A stretch of DNA of 64,000 nucleotides from Curvularia clavata (taxonomy: Eukaryota), in contig CP089278.1 in assembly GCA_023920165.1 (NCBI GenBank), positions 1,364,001 to 1,428,000 on the forward strand, in the 5' to 3' direction. Below, in pieces: positions 1 to 12,560 of the stretch. The notes below the pieces were generated by a model. That model was not told the DNA's origin and ran no database searches. It was given only the letters and a program-made list of their open reading frames with translations. Both the position numbers and the translations under genes were made by a program. Within the stretch, counting starts at the first letter, position 1, and the number at the start of each line of letters is the position of its first letter.

Positions 1-187
1 TGGTGATTAGCGCGCCTATCATGTAAGTTTTTCAGAATTAACCCTCTGAAATGTGTGGTTTGCTAATGATTTATTCAGTATCATTGACGAGATCCTTAAA
101 TTTGTTGAGCGCAGCTTCTTCATTCAAAAGGGCAACGAGAAGTTGCCTGCTATCGGAACACAGAATGGAAGGCCAAAGAAGGATTAG
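1..187 (+). CDS. 3' end (partial) of SERCA-type P-type IIA Ca2+-ATPase
   Basis: Removing intron 23..78 (GTAAGT...GCTAAT...CAG) gives VISAPIIIIDEILKFVERSFFIQKGNEKLPAIGTQNGRPKKD*, matching the last TM helix motif (ISxPVIxxDExLKxxxR) of SERCA pumps. Confidence 0.75.
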
Positions 188-764
188 GTGACTGCCGCCT
201 TTTTCTCCTTCCGCCTCTTCCAGATTTGTGTCTTCACTGCATTTTGACTCGCTACCCTGTGTTCGTAAGATAGATCGAGGGAGGGAGGGAGGGATGAGCT
301 AAGTATCATATATCACTGTCATTTTGCAGAAGAGTAAGGCGGAGAGGAGGGGGGAAAGTGAAGTTTTGGTCGTGCATGGAGTGGCTGTTCTGTCAAAGTT
401 TGTTGCGTTGGGAATTTCCCACGCATTCAGCAGATCAGATAGATTGGTTAGACTCGTTAGAAATTTGTGTATTTATGTGTACAAAAATATAAGAATGAAA
501 ATCTTATAAACCAAAAAGAGGATTGCTTGTTGTATAGCGTTAGTGATGAAGGATGAGAGGGACGCGAAGCACTGGCAGTAAACATGGCCCGAGCATCCAC
601 CTTCACCTTCATCCTCACTGCCGTGTTTGGTGCTGCCACGTTTTGATTCGTCAGCGATTGTTTGCTTGGCTCCAACTGCTTGTTTGCTTGCTCTCCTCCT
701 CACGGTGATTTGCGCCTACCATCACATCCGGACATCATCTAGCATACACATTTCAACCGCTGCC

Positions 765-2927
765 ATGCCTCCTTTTGGACTCTATCCGATTCCACGACAT
801 CACCTCTACGAGCAGAGTCCACGCTCAGAGCGCCGGACATTCAACAGCATGGACTTCGCCGATGAGGAGTCGCCACCAAACAAAGACAAAGTCAAGACCG
901 CTGGGGCGCGAGCACAGCGAAAACAAGAGAAACGAGAGCGCAAAGAAAAGAAAAGGCAGGCAAGCGAGTCTCTCGAAGCACAAAAGCCGAAAGATCTTAA
1001 GCAGGGAGAGAAGAAACAGCGGCTGCCGCCTGTTGATTCGAAGCCGACAGCGTTAGTGAAGGGCAGTTCTCGCAAGGAGAAAGACGAGGCTATACAGAGC
1101 ACGCCCGCAACTGCGAAGAAGCGTAAGAGGGAGCGTGATGCGCATATTGACACTCAAAATACCGCCGACAAAGATGTCAACATTAACAAGTTGCTGATCG
1201 ACCCGAATTTCTTGTCGGGTTTGAAGGCAGCTATGGGTAACTTGGGCGCCGTCTTCAATGAAACCGCAAAAAGCACCGAGCCTTTGACTGAGCCTCCACC
1301 TAAGAAGAGAGGAAGGCCAGTGGGCTGGCGCAAGAGTGCTGTAGTAGAGCAAACAACAGCTAACGCTGCAAACACCGAAGAAGCTGCCAACTTCACTACT
1401 GGCGAAGTCAAATCAAAGGCACGCGCATCTGAGAAAGATGTAGCCGCCTTTTCAACCCCAAAGAAATCACTCCAGAATTCAGTTCTCGTCCCAGAGAACA
1501 CGCCAGACTTACTGTATAGCGTGAAGAAAACGCCTGTTCCGCTTCCCAAACAGACAAGTCATAAGACCATTGGTAGCATGAGTGAGCCACCTCGAGGCAA
1601 GACCAAGGGTCTCCGTCCAGAACCCGAAGTTCTTGTGACAGAGACACCTCCCTCACGTTTTTGCCAGACACCTGCCACGACACCTCGTCAGCCACCCATC
1701 CCGTTCAGTCTCGCAAGGACCTCGAACCCGCCCAGTACACAAGCCAAGCGGACGAAGGGACCTACGATTGACATTTCGCCCCCCGAGTTACCGAACTTGA
1801 TACCAAACAATGTTAAAAAAACCGAAAAGTACATCATCGGTAGTCAAGGCTCAGTCAATCCCCTGTCCAGCAGCCAAGCCGACGCCTTCACCTCTTCAAC
1901 ACTCATGAGCTACAAGCAAAAGCTCAACGACACACCCAAACCGCGACCCCGTCGTCGCAGCCGCGCCGGCTCCGTATCCGCCAGCTCCATTTCCAGCGGC
2001 TCTTCTGCCTCAATTAGCATCAAAGACATGTTAGCCCGGATGCCCAAGCCCTCCTACTCACGTGCCGGCACCTCCACATCCCCTATGGTCCTGATCCCCC
2101 AAAAGCCAACCAACAAGAACCAAGAAGCCAACGCAAGCGCCTTCACCACTGCCTTTCTCAACTCTCAAAACACCATCGACTTCACTCTGGAACTTTCCTT
2201 ACTCGCCGCCCACGACGCCTGGCTCCTGGCCGCCCGCACCTGCAGTCCACTGCCCTGTCTCAACAAAGCCACCGGCTGCTCCCCGAAAAACGAGCAACTG
2301 CTCCGGCTCCAACTCAGCGATACCTTGAAACCCAAAGCCTCAAAATCATCTCGCTGCTCGGCTGCTATTGCACGCGCACAGCAGGGCGTTAGTTTTCTAC
2401 GCCATGCCCTGGCGGCCAGAGTGCCGGTCCCGATTGGCCCCGTCGAGGGCGAGTGGAAGTTGTATTGTCCCGCGTATACAGGCACCCATGTGGACAAGTA
2501 TGGATTTGGACACCGCAGTCTGACGATCCATCGTGTTGCTGCCGCCGCTGTCGCCGCCGCCGAGCAGCAGGAGGCGCGGTTCACGGCGTGCCTGAATATC
2601 CCTCCACGCTCACTGGCGTATATGCTCGTTCCGTTCAAGGTCCCGCCGCATGCGAGCTTTAGGACTACAAGCCTAGAAACGACGGCAGAGGGGTATAAGA
2701 TTGAGGTTATCTTCTTGGGAAATGGGTATTTGAAACTGAGAGTCGATGTGCATTTGTTGCTCTTGGGTAGGAAAGCCGTGGAGGTGGTGGTAACGGCGGC
2801 GGCGACGGAGAAGGCCGGGAAGGGAAAGCAGAAGGCAGTAGGGGTTGAGAAGGCAAAGGTGAATGAGGTGTTTGGGATCTGGGAGTTTCTGGGCATTCAT
2901 GAGAGGGCGGTTGTTTGGGAGGTGTGA
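765..2927 (+). CDS. Hypothetical nuclear protein with AT-hook, long basic/low-complexity region and a conserved-looking C-terminal domain
   Basis: Intronless ORF; first ATG at 765 (gccATG). Lys/Arg-rich NLS-like stretches, KKRGRPVGW AT-hook, C-terminal GEWKLYCP...IFLGNGYLKLRVD...WEFLGIHE. Confidence 0.75.
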   Translation: MPPFGLYPIPRHHLYEQSPRSERRTFNSMDFADEESPPNKDKVKTAGARAQRKQEKRERKEKKRQASESLEAQKPKDLKQGEKKQRLPPVDSKPTALVKGSSRKEKDEAIQSTPATAKKRKRERDAHIDTQNTADKDVNINKLLIDPNFLSGLKAAMGNLGAVFNETAKSTEPLTEPPPKKRGRPVGWRKSAVVEQTTANAANTEEAANFTTGEVKSKARASEKDVAAFSTPKKSLQNSVLVPENTPDLLYSVKKTPVPLPKQTSHKTIGSMSEPPRGKTKGLRPEPEVLVTETPPSRFCQTPATTPRQPPIPFSLARTSNPPSTQAKRTKGPTIDISPPELPNLIPNNVKKTEKYIIGSQGSVNPLSSSQADAFTSSTLMSYKQKLNDTPKPRPRRRSRAGSVSASSISSGSSASISIKDMLARMPKPSYSRAGTSTSPMVLIPQKPTNKNQEANASAFTTAFLNSQNTIDFTLELSLLAAHDAWLLAARTCSPLPCLNKATGCSPKNEQLLRLQLSDTLKPKASKSSRCSAAIARAQQGVSFLRHALAARVPVPIGPVEGEWKLYCPAYTGTHVDKYGFGHRSLTIHRVAAAAVAAAEQQEARFTACLNIPPRSLAYMLVPFKVPPHASFRTTSLETTAEGYKIEVIFLGNGYLKLRVDVHLLLLGRKAVEVVVTAAATEKAGKGKQKAVGVEKAKVNEVFGIWEFLGIHERAVVWEV

Positions 2928-3354
2928 GTAGGGGAGTTGGAGGTGGATCTAGGGATTTTCTGCGGTGATGAAAGGGAGAGTAGGACGAGAGTTTTGTGCA
3001 GAGTGAGATGGGCTGAGAAATTCAGCGCCTAGGTTGAGGTGAAGGTTCAGTGGACTGGTCGGTGAGTTAGAGTTCGGAGTTTGAGAGCAGGTCGGTGTAC
3101 AAGACCAAGATGCTTACAATTATGCTTAGTGCATTGTATGATACCTTTTCTCCCTTGCATAGGCTAGTCTTTATTAGTTTGTCTGTCGCGAACAGATGTA
3201 ATATAACTCATAACCATGTAAATTGTTCTGCCGTGTCTGTCCTCACAATGAGAAACATCAATGACTTCGTACCACGCATAGTTCTTTTTCTACTCTACTC
3301 ACAATTTCCGCTATCTCTATATCTACTGTCTAGCCATGTCTATTACATACCCTC

Positions 3355-4689
3355 TCAGCCCAACCCCACTCCTTTGACACCCTCAAAAAGCGCGTCCTCC
3401 CTCACCAAACAAGCCCTATTCAAATGTTCCTTCCGCACACTCTCAATCCCACTCAAATGCATTGTCAGCTCCAGCTCGCCCACCAGACTCTTCAACACAT
3501 GCTCCACGCCCTTTTCCCCTCCCAGCGTAAGCCCATACACATACGGCCTTCCCACCAGAACGCAATCCGCACCCAGCGCCAGCGCCTTCGCTACATCCAC
3601 ACCAGACTGAACCCCACTATCAAATAATATCTTAAACTCCTCTTCCGACTTCTTCTCAACCAAGTACTCCTTCACCGCATCTACTACATACGGCAGTACA
3701 CCCAACGACGCCGTCCCGCCATCCACCTGCCTACCCCCGTGATTACTCACCACGATCCCCTGCACCCCCACATCCACCGCTCTCTTCGCATCGGCTATAC
3801 TCTGAATGCCCTTCAGCACAATCGGGCCCTTCCAATGCTCCTTTAGAAACTGCACGTCTTCCCAGCTATGACTCTCGCCAGGAAAGATAATCCGCATCCA
3901 CTCTGGCGCTGCGGCATCCATTTTCTGCTCCACCTCCACCCCGTGCTTTTCTTTGAATTTACGGCGGAATACAGAGTCCGTCATGCCTAGTTCCACGCCC
4001 GTGCGATCAGCGCGGAGAAAAGGGTTGTAGCCGTTGTCCATGTCTTCGGGCCGCCAGCCTAGGACATATGTATCTAGTGTGACGAACAGGACAGTGTATC
4101 CGGCTTTCTGTGCGCGGGTTAAAAGCGAAATGGTAATGTCGTCGTGTGCCCGCGACGGCCAGTACAACTGGTACCATGTCTGCTGTGCGTTTTCTGCTTC
4201 CCTATTCGCGTCCGCCACTTCCTCGATGCTCGAACTACTCGCCGTACTGAGGATATATGGCAGCGCCTGGCGAGCTGCCGCACGCGTGGCTGCTATCTCG
4301 CCGTCTGGATTGAAGATCTTAAGTACGCCGACAGGCGCAAGAGCAATTGGTGCGGCGAGCGGCTCGCCAAAAAGCGTCGTACGCAGGTCTGGGAACCCGT
4401 CATACTTGACCAGACGGCGAGGCGCGAACGACCATTTCTTGAATGCGGACCGGTTTTTCTCAAGAGTTTCCCGGCGCCCGGCGGACCCGTAGACGTACGC
4501 TTTTGAGTCGGCAGAGAGACGGGCGCAGGCGAGATCTTCCCATTGGGAGGAGTGGAAGGTCAGGGCTGGTCGCTCGAAGTCGAGGCCGCGTTTGTAGACG
4601 CTGGTTTCGTAGGCGATACCGTCTTCGGCTGGGGTGCGGGAGGAGAGTGATGAAGTGGGCTTCGGTTGAGACGGGGTGTTTGAGGACAT
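3355..4689 (-). CDS. FMN-dependent alpha-hydroxy acid oxidase/dehydrogenase, lactate 2-monooxygenase-like
   Basis: Motifs APIALAPVG, WYQLYW, VTLDT, GPIVLKGI, VVSNHGGRQVDG, DSGV and GRPYVYGL; intronless; start taken at MSSNTP (4689). Confidence 0.93.
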   Translation of the reverse strand: MSSNTPSQPKPTSSLSSRTPAEDGIAYETSVYKRGLDFERPALTFHSSQWEDLACARLSADSKAYVYGSAGRRETLEKNRSAFKKWSFAPRRLVKYDGFPDLRTTLFGEPLAAPIALAPVGVLKIFNPDGEIAATRAAARQALPYILSTASSSSIEEVADANREAENAQQTWYQLYWPSRAHDDITISLLTRAQKAGYTVLFVTLDTYVLGWRPEDMDNGYNPFLRADRTGVELGMTDSVFRRKFKEKHGVEVEQKMDAAAPEWMRIIFPGESHSWEDVQFLKEHWKGPIVLKGIQSIADAKRAVDVGVQGIVVSNHGGRQVDGGTASLGVLPYVVDAVKEYLVEKKSEEEFKILFDSGVQSGVDVAKALALGADCVLVGRPYVYGLTLGGEKGVEHVLKSLVGELELTMHLSGIESVRKEHLNRACLVREDALFEGVKGVGLG

Positions 4690-5400
4690 GTTTGTGTAGG
4701 GAGTAGCCAGCACCAGACTTCGCTCAAAGGTATTGAGAATGCGAGAAAATGAGCATCGTAACTGGGATACATATCAGTGGGATCCATAGTATATCTATGT
4801 GTTATGCCCTACGTCAACTACATCACTGACTCCGTAGCAGACAACCTACCCTCGGAGTTCTTCGGAAGAGGACCAGACTTATTACGTCTTGTACAGTAAT
4901 GTGATGAGTTGGCTGTATATCAACTACCATACTACACCCGGTAAATAGAGTCCGGGATGCCGGATACGGCAATCATACTGACGTCACGCACTGAGTGTTG
5001 CTACTATAACTGGTATACATGTCAAGGACAGGCAAATGATACAGCAGAGATAGTAGTATTGTCAAGCCACAGTACGTTAACAGCACATGGCAAGACAAAT
5101 AAACATACGTCCATTCCTACCCTTCACATCCATCATCCAGACCTAAACAATAGCCAAGGTATTTCCCATTCTTCTAACCAACCCTCAACCACCTAGAACC
5201 GAAGAAAACCCAGTATCTTTGACATGTACGAAACCAGTGCGAATGAATCGACTGACAAGAAAGAAAAATAATGACAAATGGAAAACAAAAGCCTCTACGG
5301 GCCGAAACCTCCCAAACGCCATTGATGCAAAATCATTCCGATCGTCGTGATGGCAAGCTCCTCTCTCCCATGCAGAAACCCATTTGTTCCATCTCTTTTT

Positions 5401-6376
5401 TTATACAGCAACGCATCCACCGTCAATCTTCAAGTGGCCTCCAGTCATAAACTTGCTGTCCTCGCTAACCAAAAACGCGACGACACTGGCGACGTCATCT
5501 GGACTGCTGAATCGATCCAGCGCTGTCTCTTCCTTGAGCTCTTCGAGCTTCTCTTTACTCCAGCCATCCTTCCAGCCAGTTGTTTGAATAATGCTCGTGT
5601 GAATGGTGTTGACACGGATACCGAGAGGACCGAGCTCTTCGGCGGCGGTAAGCGCAATACCGCGCAGAGCAAACTTGGACGCGCTGTAGGAAATGAGGTT
5701 GGGGAAGCCGCGGAGACCGGCGATGGAGGAGCGGATAATGATGGAGCCAGCGCCAGAGGTGGTTTGCATTGCTGTGGCGGCGTATTTGACACCGAGGAAA
5801 GCTGCAGTTGGACGTTAGCGCATGGGACATGTTGTGTGACGTAACGTTGTGTTGCAGAGACATACCAGACTTTGCATTGATGGTCATGATCCTGTCAAAG
5901 TCGTCCTCGGTAACATCGAAAATGCTCTTGGATGCGCCTCGGTGGCAGCAGTTCAACAGAGCAGCGTCGAGCTTGCTGAACCTCTGCACGACCTTCTTGG
6001 CGCAGGCCTCGACATCAGCTTCCTTGGTGGCATCAGCTACAATGGTGAGCAACCGAGACTCAATTGGCACGCCGGTTGCAATGGCAGCCTTGAGGACGGG
6101 GATGGCGGCCTCGAGAGCATTCTGGTCAATGTCAATGAGGGCAACATTGCAGCCCTCGACAAGCAATCGTCCAGCTGATTCGACTCCGACTTTGCCGCCT
6201 CCGCCCGTGATCATGACGACCTTGCCCTCGAGACGCTGGATGGGCAGCGGCCGTGTGAGGTTGGTGGATGTGGGCGCGCGCTCAATGCCCGGGCGCGGGG
6301 CCTTGTTCAGGTTGAGGGTGGAAATGTTGGATGCGAGAGGCATACGCATGCTCTCGGTGGTGTGTGTTCGCTGCAT
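5401..6376 (-). CDS. Short-chain dehydrogenase/reductase (classical SDR)
   Basis: Two exons (intron 5802..5865, GTATGT...GCTAAC...CAG). RLEGKVVMITGGGGKVG Rossmann motif, catalytic YSASK, GIRVNTI, C-terminal FMTGGHLKIDGG. Confidence 0.92.
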
Positions 6377-7606
6377 GGTCAAAGATGGTGAAGTGGTCGA
6401 GAAGGGCCGTCCAGCGGTGATGGGATGCTTGCGCTTGTGTCGAGCACCAGGCGGGCGCCAGAGTGGTTTTGATATTTCAGCGTGCCATTTGATCCGACAG
6501 CATCCCCCCCACCCGCCGGACCCTTGTTTCTCTTTCCTCAAGATGACGTATCCCGGGAAACCCTAGGCGAAATCTTTTTCTGCGCTGGTCAAACACCGGA
6601 TGGCCATCCGTTGAGGCTCTTACAGCGGCTGTCCCCACTGCCCCCACCACCGCCACCCAATTGCGCCGCCCGCCGTCTTTTGCCCGCACCACCTTCTCCA
6701 ACTTTCGCACAATGAGCGGTGGGACATGTCCACTCTTTGCTATCACCGATCCTACCCCATGTGTCTGAACGTGCCTGTTGCTGCGCCCAACGCGTGCACT
6801 ATCTCGGCGTGGTAATTTGCTCGTTTCCACCAGTCGCGCGAGAAGAACAGGGACCAATCTCACATGCTCGCGGTACCGACCACCCCACGACGTCAACCAA
6901 GGCGGTCAAGCGGAGCACCATTACTATGCCAAACTGGCAACTAGCCCGGTCAGGTACCCATCTTGATAAAGTTTAGGATGCAGAAAAATCACTGCAACTT
7001 ATGCTGATGGTGCTGTTGTCACCGCTTAACGCGGAACAAAAAGTTGAGTTGGCACTTCGTATCTGTATCGAAGCCCAGAGGCATGCGGCGAGTCAGAAGG
7101 TAGTATGGCAGAGTGCCATGATAGGGTTCTCATCATGCAAACGTCATGGTACAGCCGGCCGGGAGACGACAAGGTGGATGAACAGCAAAAGGGTCTCGGA
7201 GCCTTCGCCTGATGTGTGAGCTAGCTCTCCAGCAGCAATTGACCGTACCTCAATCTTAGCCGGGATCAGCAGTGCCAGGTGCTGTCGTATGTCCTCACAG
7301 ATCCACCAGCTTGCTTCTCACTGGCTACTCAGCCCCATGGGACTTGTGAGAGTAGCCACCATCACCACATCAACTCCGACCCCCATCTCGTCGTGTGAAC
7401 TGGATGTGGGGATTAGTGTCAATCCGCGGTCGGCAATGTAAAAACAACGCAAGACAGAGCCCAACGCATGCTGGAGCAGGTGACATCCAGTCTTTGACGA
7501 GCAACCTGCACAGTCATGAAAGAGTGGGACAATCATGCAGCTCAACGCCAATCATGTCTTCATCCATTTGCATCACACGGCACTTTTCTCTGGACCCCTT
7601 TTACCC

Positions 7607-8626
7607 CTAACAATACTTCGCCGAGCACCAATCCAAGAAGTAGTCAATCCCATCCGCCAGTGCTGCTGCACCAACAGCTGCATGGTCACTAAACGGGTAT
7701 TCGCGAAGGCTTATATCCCTTAGTGCAGAGCTACCCTCTAGCGCACCATACAGTCTCTGTGACAAAGTAGTCATCTGCTGCGACACGAGGATGCTCTTTC
7801 TAAACTCAAACTCTGCATCCGTCTCCGTTCGTCTCTGGATTGGATTTTGCTCTAGTGCACCGTAGCTGATCTGAAACCCAGGCTTAGTCGTCTTGTTCGA
7901 AACATTCCCAGAGGAATATGAAATGAGAGGCGCAAGGAATTCCGCGTTGTTGAAGACGTAGTTGTCATTGAAGAAGAGCGCAGGCGAGGCGCTTAGAAAC
8001 GTATCAAAAAGGTCGGGGCGAACAGTGAGAGCATACAGGACAAAGAGACCACCAAAGGAGTGGCCGTAGAGAGCATCGCGGTCAAAATCAGCTTTGGGGA
8101 AAACAGTGTTGCGGACCCAGGGTCGCAGGGCAGAGTCAATGAAATCAATGAAGTTGTCTGCATTTGAGGGTACCCCGGGCACAGCGGGTAAAGGACAATC
8201 GTCGCACACGGGAGGCTGGTAGTCGTAGCTGCGATGGGTACTGTACGGGGAATCCTCAATCGTCTCTGGGTAGCCAATGCTCACTACGATGCAGTCTGGC
8301 ATGTTGAACTCAACGGGACGACGGCGACGAAGAGCTTCTGTGGCTGTCAGGCCTAGGGCGTTGCCGTCCAAGACGTACCTAATATTGGTGTGAGTTTGTG
8401 TGATTCCAACCTTGCCACCGATAGGCTCGTGGGCGTCTTACATCGTCTCTACAACTGAGCTTTCTTCCCGAGAAGTCCAATTCAGCGGCCATGCCACCTG
8501 GATCTGATACTCCCAGGATCCATTGGTTGCGCTCCAATATCCAAGGTTAGGAAGGATGTTCGTGGGCCACTCAGTAAGGGTTGGAGCGAATTGCCATGTG
8601 CCGATAGAGCTCATTGCGGTTAGCAT
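7607..8626 (-). CDS. Alpha/beta-hydrolase, IroE/BesA-like (siderophore-esterase family) esterase
   Basis: Intron 8379..8441 joins VVETM to YVLDGNA. YQIQVAWP, IVVSIGYP, nucleophile elbow GHSFGG, SASPAL and a C-terminal His (SDH). The start codon is uncertain. Confidence 0.85.
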
Positions 8627-9690
8627 ATGTAAGCTTGCTTTCTCAGTAGATGAAGTTTGGGATAGAGTCCAGGGACTTGAGCAATGTTGGACTTTCGCAG
8701 GGTTTTGTACCTGAATGCCGCAGGATCACTTCTTAAGAGCACAAAACCAAATAGGCGGGTTAACGCTCGTATTTGATGTAAGCCTTACACTCTAACTGCA
8801 AGGCCACCACAGCGATTTCGCTTGGGAAGGCTAGCAGATAAGGGAAAGGATCCTATTCCTGGCGGGTCTGTCTTAACACCCTTGTTTTAATGGGTGAGCG
8901 TATAGATTGCCAAGACGGGAGATCATCTTTAACGCATCCGTTCTTCACCATGAACTCCGTCGTCAAGGTTCTATAGCATTAAAGCAATTCAGGATATTTT
9001 GCAAAGAACTCTTTCTTTCACTCAAAGGTCTACTGTCGAGTTGTGGCAGTCATGTTTTGAGATTGCCGGGAGCCAAGGGATCATGCCAATGGCGATAGTC
9101 GATTGGAAGGATTTACTAACAACAGTAGACTGTCTTGGAAAATGCCATCACATATGCTCAAGCGCCAGTAATCCTCTTCTGTTAGTTGGAAATTTCGATC
9201 CATGCACCTCTTCATGCAGGAAGATTTCGGATAGGAAAATCTAGTATACGAGTGATAATCGGATGCATAGATCCGAAAGACCAGGATACCTAATCACCAC
9301 GTGTGTCCGTGTCAGTGCGTAAGCCACATACGCACAATGTTGCCACGATCCAATTACGAGCAATCCAGAATCAATTATCTGGGACTAAAGTTGCGTTGAA
9401 CGGGATTGAATCTCATCTCTAGTTTATAGCCGATGCTGTACCAAAAACTTGTATTACAGCGATTGGATTAGCATGAGTGCATTATGTCATACTGACAGGA
9501 AGAACAACTGCTGCCACGACTAGATATGAGATGTGACAGCTGACATCCGGCAAGACGATGGTTTAAGATATTGGACTGGCGACAGCTCCTCAGCCTTGCT
9601 TAGTATTATTGATGGAAAATGCAACAATGCATGCAAGTTTTCTAAATGTGAATTAATATGATAACTATACGAGAAGGGCAACACTCTGCT

Positions 9691-11532
9691 CTAGAATGCG
9701 CCCCGTCCAGGCAGTGGATCGTTCTTTGCAGGACACGATGCATCGTATATCGAAGGATTAACGAACTTGGGCTTAACGCTGTTGTCATAGGCCAGTTCGA
9801 CTAGGGTGGCATTGCCTGCACAGTGTAAGCATGTTGCTGTAATTGAAGGTAGGTTGACTTACTGGACACGTACTGAGGCCACCCATACTTGGTCAAGCCT
9901 TTTTGAGAGTCTCGTGCGAATGCAGCCCATGCACCCTGGATATAGGCAATGTACTTGTTCTCGGCAGGGCTGTTTGGAAGGCCAGAGATGTCCTGAGCCG
10001 TACCGAAAACCATACCAAGATCAGAACCGTGGTAGGCCGCGCTTCCTCGAGGCCCGAGACCTGCGCTACCATTGTAGAGGCGAAGGTTATCCCAGTCGCC
10101 ATGGTACCTGTATCGCCATGTGGGGACGTCGTGCTGAGCCCGGTATGCGGCCGAGAAGGCAGCAGGGCAACTAAAGCTCCGCTCAGTGAACAAGTCCCAC
10201 TGAGCATCGGTGAAGTTGAGCTTGGCCGCCCAACCGGAAATCCGATACCAACCGTCCTCATGATCAGCATTTCCAGCTAAGAAGGGGATTTTGGCAAAGG
10301 ACCCTGCTTCCGAAAGCTGCTGATAATCTGCGAATACTGTTATATTGTCAACGGTCGGGTGGAAAGGTGGTTGTGCCAAGCCAACACTAGGAAGCGCGGG
10401 AGCCTTTGCTGCAGCAGCCATAACAGCTGATATGTTTGCTGAGCGAACGCAAGACAACACTGCGGCAGAATCATCCCCGGGACCACCGCAGCCAAGAGTC
10501 TGGGATACATTATACCAGATGGCCTGTGAATATTCCACCGTGTTTGGAATGAAGCTCAGTGAAGTACCAGACATGGAGATGAGACCAGAAACAATAGGGT
10601 CATTCTTCCAGGCAAACGCCCAGTAATCAACAGCAGCGGCACCGGCACTTTGCCCGAAGATTGTAATGCGCGAAGGATCACCCCCGAAGCCCTTGATGTT
10701 GTCGCGCACCCACTCTACAGCAGTGCGGTGGTCACGCAGTGCTGCATTCTTCTCGATGCCAGGAGCACCGGCGAAGCCAAATATGCCCAAGCGGTAGCTG
10801 ACATAGTCAGTGCATGTACGCATGCGAAGTTAGTTTATCTTACTTGAGAGTCACTACTACAACGTCCTCGGCATCAGCAAGGTACTGTCCGTTGTAGAAG
10901 GGGCTGTAAGGGCCAGGAATTTGGAACCCTAGACAGTGTATTAGTGTAACATCTTTTTGACTCGAAACGCAGCAATAACATACGTCCTCCATGAAAGAAT
11001 ACCAGCACCGGCTTCTTTGCATTAGGTTTTCCGGCACTTGCTGTCCAAACATTGAGCTTCAAGCAATCCTCGGATATCGAGTTGTTGCTCTGCGCAGCAA
11101 AGTTCTTCCACACACGTAAACCGGATGGCTGCGTGAAGTTTGGGAATGGGGACACGGGCGGTTTGACAAAAGGACAGTCACTACAACATGATTAGAGAGA
11201 TCTTCCACCTTGTTCAGTGGAAACATACGCCGACTACAACTGTTAGCATGTGCTTCTGAATTTGTAGCGTGGCTATCACCCACCCACTCGGCCGCCTCGA
11301 ATACGGTCCCTGGCGGCGCCTCGAACTTCTTAGGTGCTGCAAATCGCAGTTCGCCTACAGGTGCTTCGGCATAACGAATTCCCAGAAATTCAGTCACGTG
11401 TGTCTTGTTAGAGGCTGGGTGGCCGACTACAGTGCCACTAGACGTTTTGATGCCTGAACTGTTCGCCGGCGCTGTAACGGCCAAGCCGAAAAGTGAAGCT
11501 ACAGCTGCAGCCGAAAGGAAAAAGTGCTGCAT
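9691..11532 (-). CDS. Secreted type-B carboxylesterase/lipase (cholinesterase family)
   Basis: Signal peptide; FLGIRYAEAPVGELRFAAP, SEDCLKLNVW, VFFHGG, YRLGIFGF, FGGDPSRITIFGQSAG and AYHGSDL. Multi-exon, including a 5-nt microexon; last exon ends ...DPLPGRGAF* at 9691. Confidence 0.95.
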
Positions 11533-12560
11533 GTTGTCAACTCGAAACCACGGCAGCCCCAGTGAAGATTTCAGTGGCTGGTTTGGCGACGAGGGATGGC
11601 AGCGGGCTTATAACGGAACAATCCCACGTTGTGGTTCGCCGCTTGACTACCACGGGAGCAGGCTCGCTAGCTTGCTGCCCATGTTCCTTCGTTGCCGTCG
11701 ACGTATTAGATATACACCGGACGAATGAGGATGAGAGAAACGCCGGCCGAGGCAAACGGTGAACGTGTGAAGGACGGCAATCGATCAACGTTAGGGGCGC
11801 GGCAGGGCACCAGCACGACGACAAGCAACGACATGACGGTACATGCGGGTGAGGATTCATCTCGGTTGCGTCCATTGACACTTGAGACGTATGCGCTAGC
11901 CCCAAAACGACAAGTCCTCCTTCCCAACCACACGGAACCTTGCTATCTTTACAACGACGTGACGAGTACCAGACTCGTGGAGACGTGATGCGCATCCTTC
12001 TGATGGCAAATTCTCCGCGAGTTGTTATTTACATACTCCAACTACTGCATGTTTCAATGCATCTCAAACACACGATGCGCTCGGTCATGTCAGTGGGCAC
12101 TGGCATAAAGGGCTGCTGCCGATCTCCATCTGCCCTGGTCTCGTCGACAAACAGCCTTACCTCTTCCGTCATGACACCGAGCCGATCCTTACTTTTCCTA
12201 CTTGTTATACGGACAATATCTTCGCCCTAGCAAGGAAGACGCCGAGAGGGCGCGCAGACGGCTGTAGAGTCCACCTTTGGAAGTTCCCGGTAACTGGGAC
12301 CAGATCCAATCGTAGCGTTGGGCAATGATGCAGGATTTACATTCACCCTCGCGATAGCCCTGATTGCCCCACAAGGCAGGTCCATACGTAGGGCAGACGG
12401 CCCACGGCCCTCGCCCTGCATATAGCGGACCGACAACTATGGCCTCTCGGGAGATATGACCTTGATCCAGGACAGCTAATTATGCTGCCAGGTCCCAGAA
12501 TGCCTGGGCCGCTAGCTCTACCAAAAAATACCTTACACCTTCGATACGTCGTCACTCGGA

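Noticed and set aside
4895..4985. Possible C/D-box snoRNA (GTGATGA ... CTGA)
   Set aside because: No convincing terminal stem or recognisable rRNA-complementary guide; such short boxes occur by chance.
5808..6566. Long antisense ORFs (also 2165..2896, 16354..17031, 51125..51742, 55283..55873, 57951..58520)
   Set aside because: They are shadows of well-supported genes on the opposite strand and show no motifs of their own.
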